Source: Eledone cirrhosa
Lineage: Eukaryota
Reading direction: 5' to 3'
Length of the DNA stretch: 64,000 nucleotides
Assembly (NCBI GenBank): GCA_964016885.1
Contig: OZ024741.1
Location: forward strand, 395,560,001 to 395,624,000
Under the pieces are notes generated by a model. That model was given only the letters and a program-made list of their open reading frames with translations. It had not been told where the DNA came from and made no database searches. Of this stretch, positions 30,001 to 43,500 are shown piece after piece (the first letter of the stretch is position 1; each line of letters starts with the position of its first letter). The translations under genes were made by a program, and so were the position numbers.

Positions 30001-33000
30001 GACAGTAGCTGGGGAGTTAATCCTGTGATAGACTGCCACCTTGTCCAGGGAGTGCCTTACACTCTCTGTGGCTTAACAGCAGGGAAACCGGAGATATATA
30101 TCGACAGTAGCTGGGGAGTTAATCCTGTGATAGACTGCCACCTTGTCCAGGGAGTGTCTTACACTCTCTGGCTTAACAGCAGGGAAACCGGAGATATATA
30201 CCGACAGTAGCTGGGGAGTTAATCCTGTGATAGACTGACACCTTGTCCAGGGAGAGTCTTACACTCTCTCTTTCTTATCAACAGGGAAACCGGAGATAAA
30301 TAACGACAGTAGCTGGGGAGTTAATTCTGTGATAGACTGACACCTTGTCCAGGGACAGTCTTACACTCTCAGTGGCTTAACAACAGGGAAACCGGAGATA
30401 TATACCGACAGTAGCTGGGGAGTAAATTCTGTGATAGACTGACACCTTGTCCAGGGACAGTCTTACATTCTCAGTGGCTTAACAACAGGGAAACCGGAGA
30501 TATATACCGACAGTAGCTGGGGAGTTAATCCTGTGATAGACTGACACCTTGTCCAGGGAGAGTCTTACACTCTCAGTGGCTTAACAACAGGGAAACCGGA
30601 GATATATACCGACAGTAGCTAGGGAGTTAATTCTGTGATAGACTGACACCTTGTCCAGGGACAGTCTTACACTCTCAGTGGCTTAACAACAGGGAAACCG
30701 GAGATATATACCGACATTAGCTGGGGAGTTAATCCTGTGATAGACTGACGTCTTGTCCAGGGAGAGTCTTACACTCTCAGTGGCTTAACAACAGGGAAAC
30801 CGGAGATATATACCGACAGTAGCTGGGGAGTTAACCCTGTGACAGACTGACACCATTTCCAGGGAGAGTCTTACACTCTCTGTATCTTATCAACAGGGAA
30901 ACCGGAGATAAATAACGACAGTAGCTGGGGAGTTAATCCTGTGACAGACTGACGCCTTGTCCAGGGAGAGTCTTACACTCTCAGTGGCTTAACAACAGGG
31001 AAACCCGAGATATATACCGACAGTAGTTGGGAAGTTAATCCTGTGATAGACTGACGTCTTGTCCAGTGACAGTCTTACACTCGCGGTAGCTTAACAACAG
31101 GGAAATTGGAGATATATACCGACAGTAGTTGGGGAGTTAATCCTGTGATAGACTGACACCTTGTCCAGGGAGAGTCTTACACTCTCAGTCGCTTTACAAC
31201 AGGGAAACCGGAGATATATACCGACAGTAGTTGGGGAGTTAATCCTGTGATAGACTGACACCTTGTCCAGGGAGAGTCTTACACTCTCAGTGTCTTAACA
31301 ACAGGGAAACCGGAGATATATACTGACAGTAGTTGGGGAGTTAATACTGTGATAGACTGACGTCTTGTCCAGTGACAGTCTTACACTCTCAGTGGCTTAA
31401 CAACAGCGAGACCGGAGATAAATACCGACAATTGCTGGGGAGTTAATTATTTGATAGACTGACACCTTGTCCAGGGACAGTCTTACACTCTCAGTGGCTT
31501 AACAACAGGGAAACTGGAGATATATACCGACAGTAGCTGGGGAGTTAATTCTGTGATAGAGTGACACCTTGTCCAGGGACAGTCTTACACTCTCAGTGGC
31601 TTAACAACAGGCAAACTGGAGATATATACCGACAGTAACTGGGGAGTTAATTCTGTGATAGAGTGACACCTTGTCCAGGGACAGTCTTACACTCTCAGTG
31701 GCTTAACAACAGGCAAACTGGAGATATATACCGACAGTAACTGGGGAGTTAATTCTGTGATAGAGTGACACCTTGTCCAGGGACAGTCTTACACTCTCAG
31801 TGGCTTAACAACAGGGAAACCGTAGATATATACCGACAGTAGCTGGGGAGTTAATTCTGTGATAGACTGACATCTTGTCCAGGGAGTGTCTTACATTCTT
31901 AGTGGCTTAACAACAGGGAACCCGGAGATATATACCGACAGTAGCTGGGTGTTAATCCTGTGCTAGACTGACACCTTGTCCAGGGAGAGTCTTACACTCT
32001 CAGTGGCTTAACAACAGGGAAACCGGAGATAAATACCGACAGTAGCTGGGGATGTAATCCTGTGACAGACTGACACCATTTCCAGGGAGAGTCTTACACT
32101 CTCAGTGTTTTATCAACAGGGAAACCGGAGATAAATAACGAAAGTAGCTGGGGAGTTAATCCTGTGACAGACTGACGCCTTGTCCAGGGAGAGTCTTACA
32201 CTCTCAGTGGCTTAACAACAGGGAAACCCGAGATATATACCGACAGTAGTTGGGGAGTTAATCCTGTGATAGACTGACGTCTTGTCCAGTGACAGTCTTA
32301 CACTCTCGGTAGCTTAACAACAGGGAAATTGGAGATATATACCGACAGTAGCAGGGGAGTTAATTCTGTGATAGACTGACACCTTGTCCAGTGACAGTCT
32401 TACACTCTCAGTCGCTTTACAACAGGGAAACTGGAGATATATACCGACAGTAGTTGGGGAGTTAATCCTGTGATAGACTGACACCTTGTCCAGGGAGAGT
32501 CTTACACTCTCAGTGTCTTAACAACAGGGAAACCGGAGATAAATACCGACAGTAGCTGGGGAGTTAATACTGTGATAGACTGACGTCTTGTCCAGTGACA
32601 GTCTTACACTCTCAGTGGCTTAACAACAGCGAAACCGGAGATAAATACCGACAATTGCTGGGGAGTTAATTCTTTGATAGACTGATTCCTTGTCCAGGGA
32701 CAGTCTTACACTCTCAGTGGCTTAACAACAGGGAAACTGGAGATATATACCGACAGTAGCTGGGAGTTCATTCTGTGATAGAGTGAGACCTTGTCCAGGG
32801 AGAGTCTTACACTCTCAGTGGCTTAACAACAGGGAAACTGGAGATATATACCGACAGTAGCTGGGGAGTTAATTCTGTGATAGACTGACATCTTGTCCAG
32901 GGAGTGTCTTACATACTTAGTGGCTTAACAACAGGGAACCCGGAGATATATACCGACAGTAGCTGGGGTGTTAATCCTGTGATAGACTGACACCTTGTCC

Positions 33001-36000
33001 AGGGAGAGTCTTACACTCTCAGTGGCTTAACAACAGGGAAACTGGAGATATATACCGACAGTAGCTGGGGAGTTCATTCTGGGATAGAGTGACACCTTGT
33101 CCAGGGACAGTCTTACACTCTCAGTGGCTTAACAACAGAGAAACTGGAGATATATACCGACCGTAGCTGGGGAGTTCATTCTGTGATAGACTGACACCTT
33201 GTCCAGGGAGTGTCTTACATTCTTAGTGGCTTAACAACAGGGAACCCGGAGATATATACCGACAGTAGATGGGGAGTTAATTCTGTGATAGACTGACATC
33301 TTGTCCAGGGAGTGTCTTACATTCTTAGTGGCTTAACAACAGGGAACCCGGAGATATATACCGACAGTTGATGGGGAGTTAATCCTGTGATAGACTGGCA
33401 CATTTTCCAGGGAGAGTCTTACACTCTCAGTGGCTTAACAACAGGGAAACTGGAGATATATACCGACAGTAGCTGGGGAGTTAATTCTGTGATTGACTGA
33501 CACCTTGTCCAGGGACAGTCTTACACTCTCAGTGGCTTAACAACAGGGAACCCGGAGATATATACCGACAGTAGCTGGGGAGTTAATCCTGTGATAGACT
33601 GACGTCTTGTCCAGGGAGTGTCTTACCCTCTCAGTGGCTTAACAACAGGGAAACTGGAGATATATACCGACAGTAGCTGTGGAGTTAATCCTGTGATAGA
33701 CTGACACCTTGTCCAGGGAGAGTCTTACACTCTCAGTGTCTTAACAACAGGGAAACCGGAGATAAATACCGACAGTAGCTGGGGAGTTAATACTGTGATA
33801 GACTGACGTCTTGTCCAGTGACAGTCTTACACTCTCAGTGGCTTAACAACAGCGAAACCGGAGATAAATACCGACAATTGCTGGGGAGTTAATTCTTTGA
33901 TAGACTGATTCCTTGTCCAGGGACAGTCTTACACTCTCAGTGGCTTAACAACAGCGAAACCGGAGATAAATACCGACAATTGCTGGGGAGTTAATTCTTT
34001 GATAGACTGATTCCTTGTCCAGGGACAGTCTTACACTCTCAGTGGCTTAACAACAGGGAAACTGGAGATATATACCGACAGTAGCTGGGAGTTCATTCTG
34101 TGATAGAGTGAGACCTTGTCCAGGGAGAGTCTTACACTCTCAGTGGCTTAACAACAGGGAAACTGGAGATATATACCGACAGTAGCTGGGGAGTTAATTC
34201 TGTGATAGACTGACATCTTGTCCAGGGAGTGTCTTACATACTTAGTGGCTTAACAACAGGGAACCCGGAGATATATACCGACAGTAGCTGGGGTGTTAAT
34301 CCTGTGATAGACTGACACCTTGTCCAGGGAGAGTCTTACACTCTCAGTGGCTTAACAACAGGGAAACTGGAGATATATACCGACAGTAGCTGGGGAGTTC
34401 ATTCTGGGATAGAGTGACACCTTGTCCAGGGACAGTCTTACACTCTCAGTGGCTTAACAACAGAGAAACTGGAGATATATACCGACCGTAGCTGGGGAGT
34501 TCATTCTGTGATAGACTGACACCTTGTCCAGGGAGTGTCTTACATTCTTAGTGGCTTAACAACAGGGAACCCGGAGATATATACCGACAGTAGATGGGGA
34601 GTTAATTCTGTGATAGACTGACATCTTGTCCAGGGAGTGTCTTACATTCTTAGTGGCTTAACAACAGGGAACCCGGAGATATATACCGACAGTAGATGGG
34701 GAGTTAATCCTGTGATAGACTGGCACATTTTCCAGGGAGAGTCTTACACTCTCAGTGGCTTAACAACAGGGAAACTGGAGATATATACCGACAGTAGCTG
34801 GGGAGTTAATTCTGTGATTGACTGACACCTTGTCCAGGGACAGTCTTACACTCTCAGTGGCTTAACAACAGGGAACCCGGAGATATATACCGACAGTAGC
34901 TGGGGAGTTAATCCTGTGATAGACTGACGTCTTGTCCAGGGAGTGTCTTACCCTCTCAGTGGCTTAACAACAGGGAAACTGGAGATATATACCGACAGTA
35001 GCTGGGGAGTTAATCCTGTGATAGACTGACACCTTGTCCAGGTAGAGTCTTATACTCTCAGTGGCTTAACAACAGGGAAAACGGAGATAAACACCGACAG
35101 TAGCTGGGGAGTTAATCCTGTGATAGACTGACACCTTGTCCAGGGAGAGTCTTACACTCTCAGTGTCTTAACAACAGGGAAACCGGAGATAAATACCGAC
35201 AGTAACTGGGGAGTTAATTCTGTGATAGACTGACGTCTTGTCCAGTGACAGTCTTACACTCTCAGTGGCTTAACAACAGCGAAACCGGAGATAAATACCG
35301 ACAATTGCTGGGGAGTTAATTCTTTGATAGACTGATACCTTTTCCAGGGACAGTCTTACACTCTCAGTGGCTTAACAACAGGGAAACTGGAGCTATATAC
35401 CGACAGTAGCTGGGGAGTTCATTCTGGGATAGAGTGACACCTTGTCCAGGGAGTGTCTTACATTCTTAGTGGCTTAACAACAGGGAAACCGGAGATATAT
35501 ACCGACAGTAGCTGGGGAGTTAATCCTGTGATAGACTGCCACCTTGTCCAGGGAGTGTCTTACACTCTCTGTGGCTTAACAGCAGGGAAACCGGAGATAT
35601 ATACTGACAGTAGCTGGGGAGTTAATCCTGTGATAGACTGACGTCTTGTCCAGGGAGAGTCTTACACTCTCAGTGGCTTAACAACAGGGAAACCGGAGAT
35701 ATATAGCGACAGTAGCTGGGGAGTTAACCCTGTGACAGACTGACGCCTTGTCCAGGGAGAGTCTTACACTCTCAGTGGCATAACAACAGGGAAACCCGAG
35801 ATATATACCGACAGTAGTTGGGGAGTTAATCCTGTGATAGACTGACGTCTTGTCCAGTGACAGTCTTACACTCTCGGTAGCTTAACAACAGGGAAATTGG
35901 AGATATATACCGACAGTAGCTGGGGAGTTAATTCTGTGATAGACTGACACCTTGTCCAGGGAGAGTCTTACACTCTCAGTGTCTTAACAACAGGGAAACC

Positions 36001-39000
36001 GGAGATAAATACCGACAGTAACTGGGGCGTTAATACTGTGATAGACTGACGTCTTGTCCAGTGACAGTCTTACACTCTCAGTGGCTTAACAACAGCGAAA
36101 CCGGAGATAAATACCGACAATTGCTGGGGAGTTAATTCTTTGATAGACTGATTACTTGTCCAGGGACAGTCTTACACTCTCAGTGGCTTAACAACAGGGA
36201 AACTGGAGATATATACCGACAGTAGCTGGGGAGTTCATTCTGTGATAGAGTGACACCTTGTCCAGGGACAGTCTTACACTCTCAGTGGCTTAACAACAGG
36301 GAAACTGGAGATATATACCGACAGTAGCTGGGGAGTTAATTCTGTGATTGACTGACATCTTGTCCAGGGAGTGTCTTACATTCTTAGTGGCTTAACAACA
36401 CGGAACCCGGAGATATATACCGACAGTAGCTGGGGTGTTAATCCTGTGATAGACTGACACCTTGTCCAGGGAGAGTCTTACACTCTCAGTGGCTTAACAA
36501 CAGGGAAACCGGAGATATATACCGACAGTAGCTGGGGAGTTAATCCTGTGATAGACTGCCACCTTGTCCAGGGAGTGTCTTACACTCTCTGTGGCTTAAC
36601 AGCAGGGAAACCGGAGATATATATCGACAGTAGCTGGGGAGTTAATCCTGTGATAGACTGCCACCTTGTCCAGGGAGTGTCTTACACTCTCTGGCTTAAC
36701 AGCAGGGAAACCGGAGATATATACCGACAGTAGCTGGGGAGTTAATCCTGTGATAGACTGACACCTTGTCCAGGGAGAGTCTTACACTCTCTCTTTCTTA
36801 TCAACAGGGAAACCGGAGATAAATAACGACAGTAGCTGGGGAGTTAATTCTGTGATAGACTGACACCTTGTCCAGGGACAGTCTTACACTCTCAGTGGCT
36901 TAACAACAGGGAAACCGGAGATATATACCGACAGTAGCTGGGGAGTAAATTCTGTGATAGACTGACACCTTGTCCAGGGACAGTCTTACATTCTCAGTGG
37001 CTTAACAACAGGGAAACCGGAGATATATACCGACAGTAGCTGGGGAGTTAATCCTGTGATAGACTGACACCTTGTCCAGGGAGAGTCTTACACTCTCAGT
37101 GGCTTAACAACAGGGAAACCGGAGATATATACCGACAGTAGCTAGGGAGTTAATTCTGTGATAGACTGACACCTTGTCCAGGGACAGTCTTACACTCTCA
37201 GTGGCTTAACAACAGGGAAACCGGAGATATATACCGACAGTAGCTAGGGAGTTAATTCTGTGATAGACTGACGTCTTGTCCAGGGAGAGTCTTACACTCT
37301 CAGTGGCTTAACAACAGGGAAACCGGAGATATATACCGACAGTAGCTGGGGAGTTAACCCTGTGACAGACTGACACCATTTCCAGGGAGAGTCTTACACT
37401 CTCTGTATCTTATCAACAGGGAAACCGGAGATAAATAACGACAGTAGCTGGGGAGTTAATCCTGTGACAGACTGACGCCTTGTCCAGGGAGAGTCTTACA
37501 CTCTCAGTGGCTTAACAACAGGGAAACCCGAGATATATACCGACAGTAGTTGGGAAGTTAATCCGGTGATAGACTGACGTCTTGTCCAGTGACAGTCTTA
37601 CACTCTCGGTAGCTTAACAACAGGGAAATTGGAGATATATACCGACAGTAGTTGGGGAGTTAATCCTGTGATAGACTGACACCTTGTCCAGGGAGAGTCT
37701 TACACTCTCAGTCGCTTTACAACAGGGAAACCGGAGATATATACCGACAGTAGTTGGGGAGTTAATCCTGTGATAGACTGACACCTTGTCCAGGGAGAGT
37801 CTTACACTCTCAGTGTCTTAACAACAGGGAAACCGGAGATAAATACCGACAGTAGCTGTGGAGTTAATACTGTGATAGACTGACGTCTTGTCCAGTGACA
37901 GTCTTACACTCTCAGTGGCTTAACAACAGCGAAACCGGAGATAAATACCGACAATTGCTGGGGAGTTAATTCTTTGATAGACTGATTCCTTGTCCAGGGA
38001 CAGTCTTACACTCTCAGTGGCTTAACAACAGGGAAACTGGAGATATATACCGACAGTAGCTGGGAGTTCATTCTGTGATAGAGTGAGACCTTGTCCAGGG
38101 ACAGTCTTACACTCTCAGTGGCTTAACAACAGGGAAACTGGAGATATATACCGACAGTAGCTGGGGAGTTAATTCTGTGATAGACTGACATCTTGTCCAG
38201 GGAGTGTCTTACATACTTAGTGGCTTAACAACAGGGAACCCGGAGATATATACCGACAGTAGCTGGGGTGTTAATCCTGTGATAGACTGACACCTTGTCC
38301 AGGGAGAGTCTTACACTCTCAGTGGCTTAACAACAGGGAAACCGGAGATAAATACCGACATTAGCTGTGGAGTTAATCCTGTGATAGACTGGCACCTTTT
38401 CCAGGGAGAGTCTTACACTCTCAGTGGCTTAACAACAGGGAAACCGGAGATATATACCGACAGTAGCTGGGGAGTTAATCCTGTGATAGACTGCCACCTT
38501 GTCCAGGGAGTGTCTTACACTCTCTGTGGCTTAACAGCAGGGAAACCGGAGATATATACCGACAGTACCTGGGGAATTAATCCTGTGATAGACTGCCACC
38601 TTGTCCAGGGAGTGTCTTACACTCTCTGTGGCTTAACAGCAGGGAAACCGGAGATATATACCGACAGTAGCTGGGGAGTTAATCCTGTGATAGACTGACA
38701 CCTTGTCCAGGGAGAGTCTTACACTCTCAGTGGCTTAACAACAGGGAAACCGGAGATATATACCGACAGTAGCTGGGGAGTTAATTCTGTGATAGACTGA
38801 CACCTTGTCCAGGGACAGTCTTACATTCTCAGTGGCTTAACAACAGGGAAACCTGAGATAAATACCGACAGTAGCTGGGGAGTTAATCCTGTGATAGACT
38901 GACACCTTGTCCAGGGACAGTCTTACATTCTCAGTGGCTTAACAACAGGGAAACCGGAGATATATACCGACAGTAGCTGGGGAGCTAATCCTGTGATAGA

Positions 39001-40456
39001 CTGACACCTTGTCCAGGGAGAGTCTTACACTCTCAGTGGCTTAACAACAGGGAAACCGTAGATATATACCGACAGTAGCTGGGGAGGTAATCCTGTGACA
39101 GATTGACACCATTTCCAGGGAGAGTCTTACACTCTCTGTGGCTTAACAACAGGGAAACCGGAGATAAATAACGACAGTAGCTGGGGAGTTAATTCTGTGA
39201 TAGACTGACACCTTGTCCAGGGACAGTCTTACACTCTCTGTAGCTTAACAACAGGGAAACCGGAGATATATACCGAAAGTAGCTGGGGAGTTAATTCTGT
39301 GATAGACTGACGTCTTGTCCAGGGAGAGTCTTACACTCTCAGTGGCTTAACAACAGGGAAACCGGAGATATATACCGACAGTAGCTGGGGAGTTAACCTG
39401 TGACAGACTGACACCATTTCCAGGGAGAGTCTTACACTCTCTGTATCTTATCAACAGGGAAACCGGAGATAAATAACGACAGTAGCTGGGGAGTTAATCC
39501 TGTGACAGACTGACGCCTTGTCCAGGGAGAGTCTTACACTCTCAGTGGCTTAACAACAGGGAAACCCGAGATATATACCGACAGTAGTTGGGGAGTTAAT
39601 CCTGTGATAGACTGACGTCTTGTCCAGTGACAGTCTTACACTCTCGGTAGCTTAACAACAGGGAAACTGGAGATATATACCGACAGTAGCTGGGGAGTTC
39701 ATTCTGTGATAGAGTGACACCTTGTCCAGGGACAGTCTTACACTCTCAGTGGCTTAACAACAGGGAAACTGGAGATATATACCGACAGTAGCTGGGGAGT
39801 TCATTCTGTGATAGAGTGACACCTTGTCCAGGGACAGTCTTACACTCTCAGTGGCTTAACAACAGGGAAACCGGAGATATATACCGACAGTAGCTGGGGA
39901 GTTAATCCTGTGATAGACTGACACCTTGTCCAGGGAGAGTCTTACACTCTCAGTGGCTTAACAACAGGGAAACCGGAGATATATACCGACAGTAGCTGGG
40001 GAGTTAATCCTGTGATAGACTGGCACCTTTTCCAGGGAGAGTCTTACACTCTCAGTGGCTTAACAACAGGGAAACCGGAGATATATACCGACAGTAGCTG
40101 GGGAGTTAATCCTGTGATAGACTGCCACCTTGTCCAGGGAGTGTCTTACACTCTCTGTGGCTTAACAGCAGGGAAACCGGAGATATATACCGACAGTAGC
40201 TGGGGAGTTAATCCTGTGATAGACTGACGTCTTGTCCAGGGAGTGTCTTACCCTCTCAGTGGCTTAACAACAGGGAAACCGGAGATATATACCGACAGTA
40301 GCTGGGGAGTTAATCCTGTGATAGACTGACACCTTGTTCAGGGAGAGTCTTACACTCTCAGTGGCTTAACAACAAGTAAACCGGAGATAAATAACGACAG
40401 TATCTGGAGAGTTGATCCTGTGATAGACTTACACTGTCAGTGGCATAAATACCAAC
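1..40456. repeat. SatA: tandem satellite array, 102-bp monomer, ~396 copies, continues beyond left window edge
   Basis: Read directly. Consensus ACAGGGAAACCGGAGATATATACCGACAGTAGCTGGGGAGTTAATCCTGTGATAGACTGACACCTTGTCCAGGGAGAGTCTTACACTCTCAGTGGCTTAACA (102 bp) repeats head-to-tail in one orientation, with a few substitutions per copy and rare 1-3 bp indels. Last copies (40330-40456) are degenerate and internally deleted. Confidence 0.99.
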
Positions 40457-40584
40457 CTAATCAGACTTTATTTTAGAACAGATTTTAACTAACTTCCACG
40501 TTATACATTCATATTGGTACGTTTCACTGCACTACACTGTTAAATCATTGGACATTGATAGATAGTATCGTTAATTGAGTATAA
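40457..40584. other. Unique AT-rich island 1 between SatA and SatB
   Basis: About 130 bp without the 102-bp or 37-bp periodicity; boundaries approximate (+/-10 bp). Confidence 0.85.
40477..40516 (+). CDS. Putative 40-nt internal micro-exon (one open frame: QILTNFHVIHSY + TG)
   Basis: CTAAT branch-like motif at 40457-40461, TTTATTTTAG acceptor ending 40476 (alternative AACAG ending 40481, same frame) and TTG|GTACGT donor at 40517. Only one of the three frames is open. Motif-based inference only; no homology evidence. Confidence 0.3.
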
Positions 40585-43500
40585 TTGTACTATACTATAT
40601 ACACCTCTCTATTATACACCACTGTACTGTACTATATACACCTCTCTATTATACACCACTGTACTGTACTATACTATATACACCTCTCTATTATACACCA
40701 CTGTACTGTACTGTACTATATACACCTTTCTATTATACACCATTGTACTGTACTGTACTATATACACCTCTCTATTATACACCACTGTACTGTACTATAT
40801 ACACCTCTCTATTATACACCATTGTACTGTACTGTACTATATACACCTCTCTATTATACACCACTGTACTGTACTATACTATATACACCTCTCTATTATA
40901 CACCACTGTACTGTACTGTACTATATACACCTCTCTATTATACACCACAGTACTGTACTGTACTATATACACCTCTCTATTATACACCACTGTACTGTAC
41001 TGTACTATATACACCTCTCTATTATACACCATTGTACTGTACTATATACACCTCTCTATTATACATGACTGTACTGTACTGTACTATACACACCTGTCTA
41101 TTATACACCACTGTATTGTACAGTACTATATAACCCTCTCTATTATACACAACTGTACTGTACTATATACACCTCTCTATTATACACCACTGCACTGTAC
41201 TATATACACCTCTCTTTAATACACCACTGTACTGTACTATATACACCTCCCTATTATACACCACTGTACTGTACTGTACTATATACACCTCTCTATTATA
41301 CACCACTGTAGTGTACTGTACTATACACACCTGTCTATTATACACCACTGTACTGTACTGTACTATATACGCCTCCCTATTATACACAACTGTACTGTAC
41401 TATATACACCTCTCTATTATACACCACTGCACTGTACTATATACACCTCTCTTTAATACACCACTGTACTGTACTATATACACCTCCCTATTATACACCA
41501 CTGTACTGTACTGTACTATATACACCTCTCTATTATACACCACTGTACTGTACTGTACTATACACACCTGTATATTATACACCACTGTACTGTACTATAT
41601 ACACCTCTCTATTATACACCACTGTACTGTACTGTACTATATACACCTCCCTATTATACAGAACTGTACTGTACTATATACACCTCTCTATTATACACCA
41701 CAGTACTGTGCTGTACTATATACCCCTCTCTATTATACACCACAGTACTGTACTATATACCCCTCTCTATTATACACTACAATACTGTACTATATACACC
41801 TCTCTATAATACACCACTGTACTGTACTATATACACCTCTCTATTATACACCACTGTACTGTACTGTACTATATACACCTCTCTATTATACACCACTGTA
41901 CTGTACTGTACTATATACACCTCTCTATTATACACCACTGTACTGTACTATATACACCTCTCTATTATACACCACTGTACTGTACTATATACACCTCTCT
42001 ATAATACACCACTGTACTGTACTGTACTATATACACCTCTCTATTATACACCACTGTACTGTACTTTACTGTACTGTACTATATACACCTCTCTATTATA
42101 CACCACTGTACTGTACTGTACTGTACTGTACTATATACACCTCTCTATTATACACCACTGTACTGTACTGTACTATATACACCTCTCTATTATAGACCAC
42201 TGTACTGTACTGTACTATACACACCTGTCTATTATACACCACTGTACTGTACTATATACACCTCTCTATTATACACCACTATACTGTACTGTACTATATA
42301 CACCTCTCTATTATACACCACTGTACTGTACTGTACTATATACACCTCTCTATTATACACCACTGTACTGTACTGTACTATACACACCTGTCTATTTTAC
42401 ACCACTGTACTGTACTATATACACCCCTCTATTATACACCACTGTACTGTACTATACACACCTCACTATTATACACCACTGTACTATACTGTACTATATA
42501 CACCACTGCACTGTACTATATATACCTCTCTATTATACACCACTGTACTGTACTATATACACCCCTCTATTATACACCACTGTACTGTACTATATACACC
42601 TCTCTATTATACACCACTTTACGGTACTCTACTATATACACCTCTCTATTATACACCACTGTACTGTACTGTACTATATACACCTCACTATTATACACCA
42701 TTGTACTGTACTATATACACCTCTCTATTATACACCACTGTACTGTACTATATACACCTCTCTATAATACACCACTGTACTGTACTGTACTATATACACC
42801 TCTCTATTATACACCATTGTACTGTACTGTACTATATACACCTCTCTATTATACACCACTGTACTGTACTGTACTATATACACCTCTCTATTATACACCA
42901 CTGTACTGTACTGTACTATACACACCTGTCTATTTTACACCACTGTACTGTACTATATACACCCCTCTATTATACACCACTGTACTGTACTATACACACC
43001 TCACTATTATACACCACTGTACTATACTGTACTATATACACCACTGCACTGTACTATATATACCTCTCTATTATACACCACTGTACTGTACTATATACAC
43101 CCCTCTATTATACACCACTGTACTGTACTATATACACCTCTCTATTATACACCACTGTACTGTACTGTACTATATACACCTCTCTATTATACACCACTGT
43201 ACTGTATTATATACACCTCTCTATTATACACCACTCTACTGTACTGTACTATATACACCTCTCTATAATACACCACTGTACTGTACTGTACTATATACAC
43301 CTCTCTATTATACACCACTATACTGTACTGTACTATATACACCTCTCTATTATACACCACTGTACTGTACTGTACTATATACACCTCTCTATTATACACC
43401 ACTGTACTGTACTGTACTATACACACCTGTCTATTTTACACCACTGTACTGTACTATATACACCCCTCTATTATACACCACTGTACTGTACTATACACAC

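Noticed and set aside
72-40227. Short SatA ORFs (61-105 aa) in the ORF track
   Set aside because: They are runs of 2-3 monomers in which the TGA happens to be mutated; most start at GTG within the repeat, and they recur only because blocks are duplicated.
1-40330. SatA as a giant repeat protein with recoded TGA: the monomer is 34 codons (TGKPEIYTDSSWGVNPVID*HLVQGESYTLSGLT) with one TGA that varies to TGC/TGG, suggestive of Sec/Trp/Cys recoding
   Set aside because: The same frame also acquires TAA (e.g. 1917-1919) and TAG (e.g. 20531-20533), a second TGA replacing GGA, and repeated frameshifting indels (101- and 100-bp monomers) that were amplified. Two reverse frames also have just one stop per monomer, so this is not special.
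1-40330. Arrays of transcription-factor motifs (GATA-like TGATAG/AGATAA, CRE-like TGACGTC) in SatA
   Set aside because: Short motifs expected by chance in a 102-bp unit and multiplied by amplification; no independent evidence of function.
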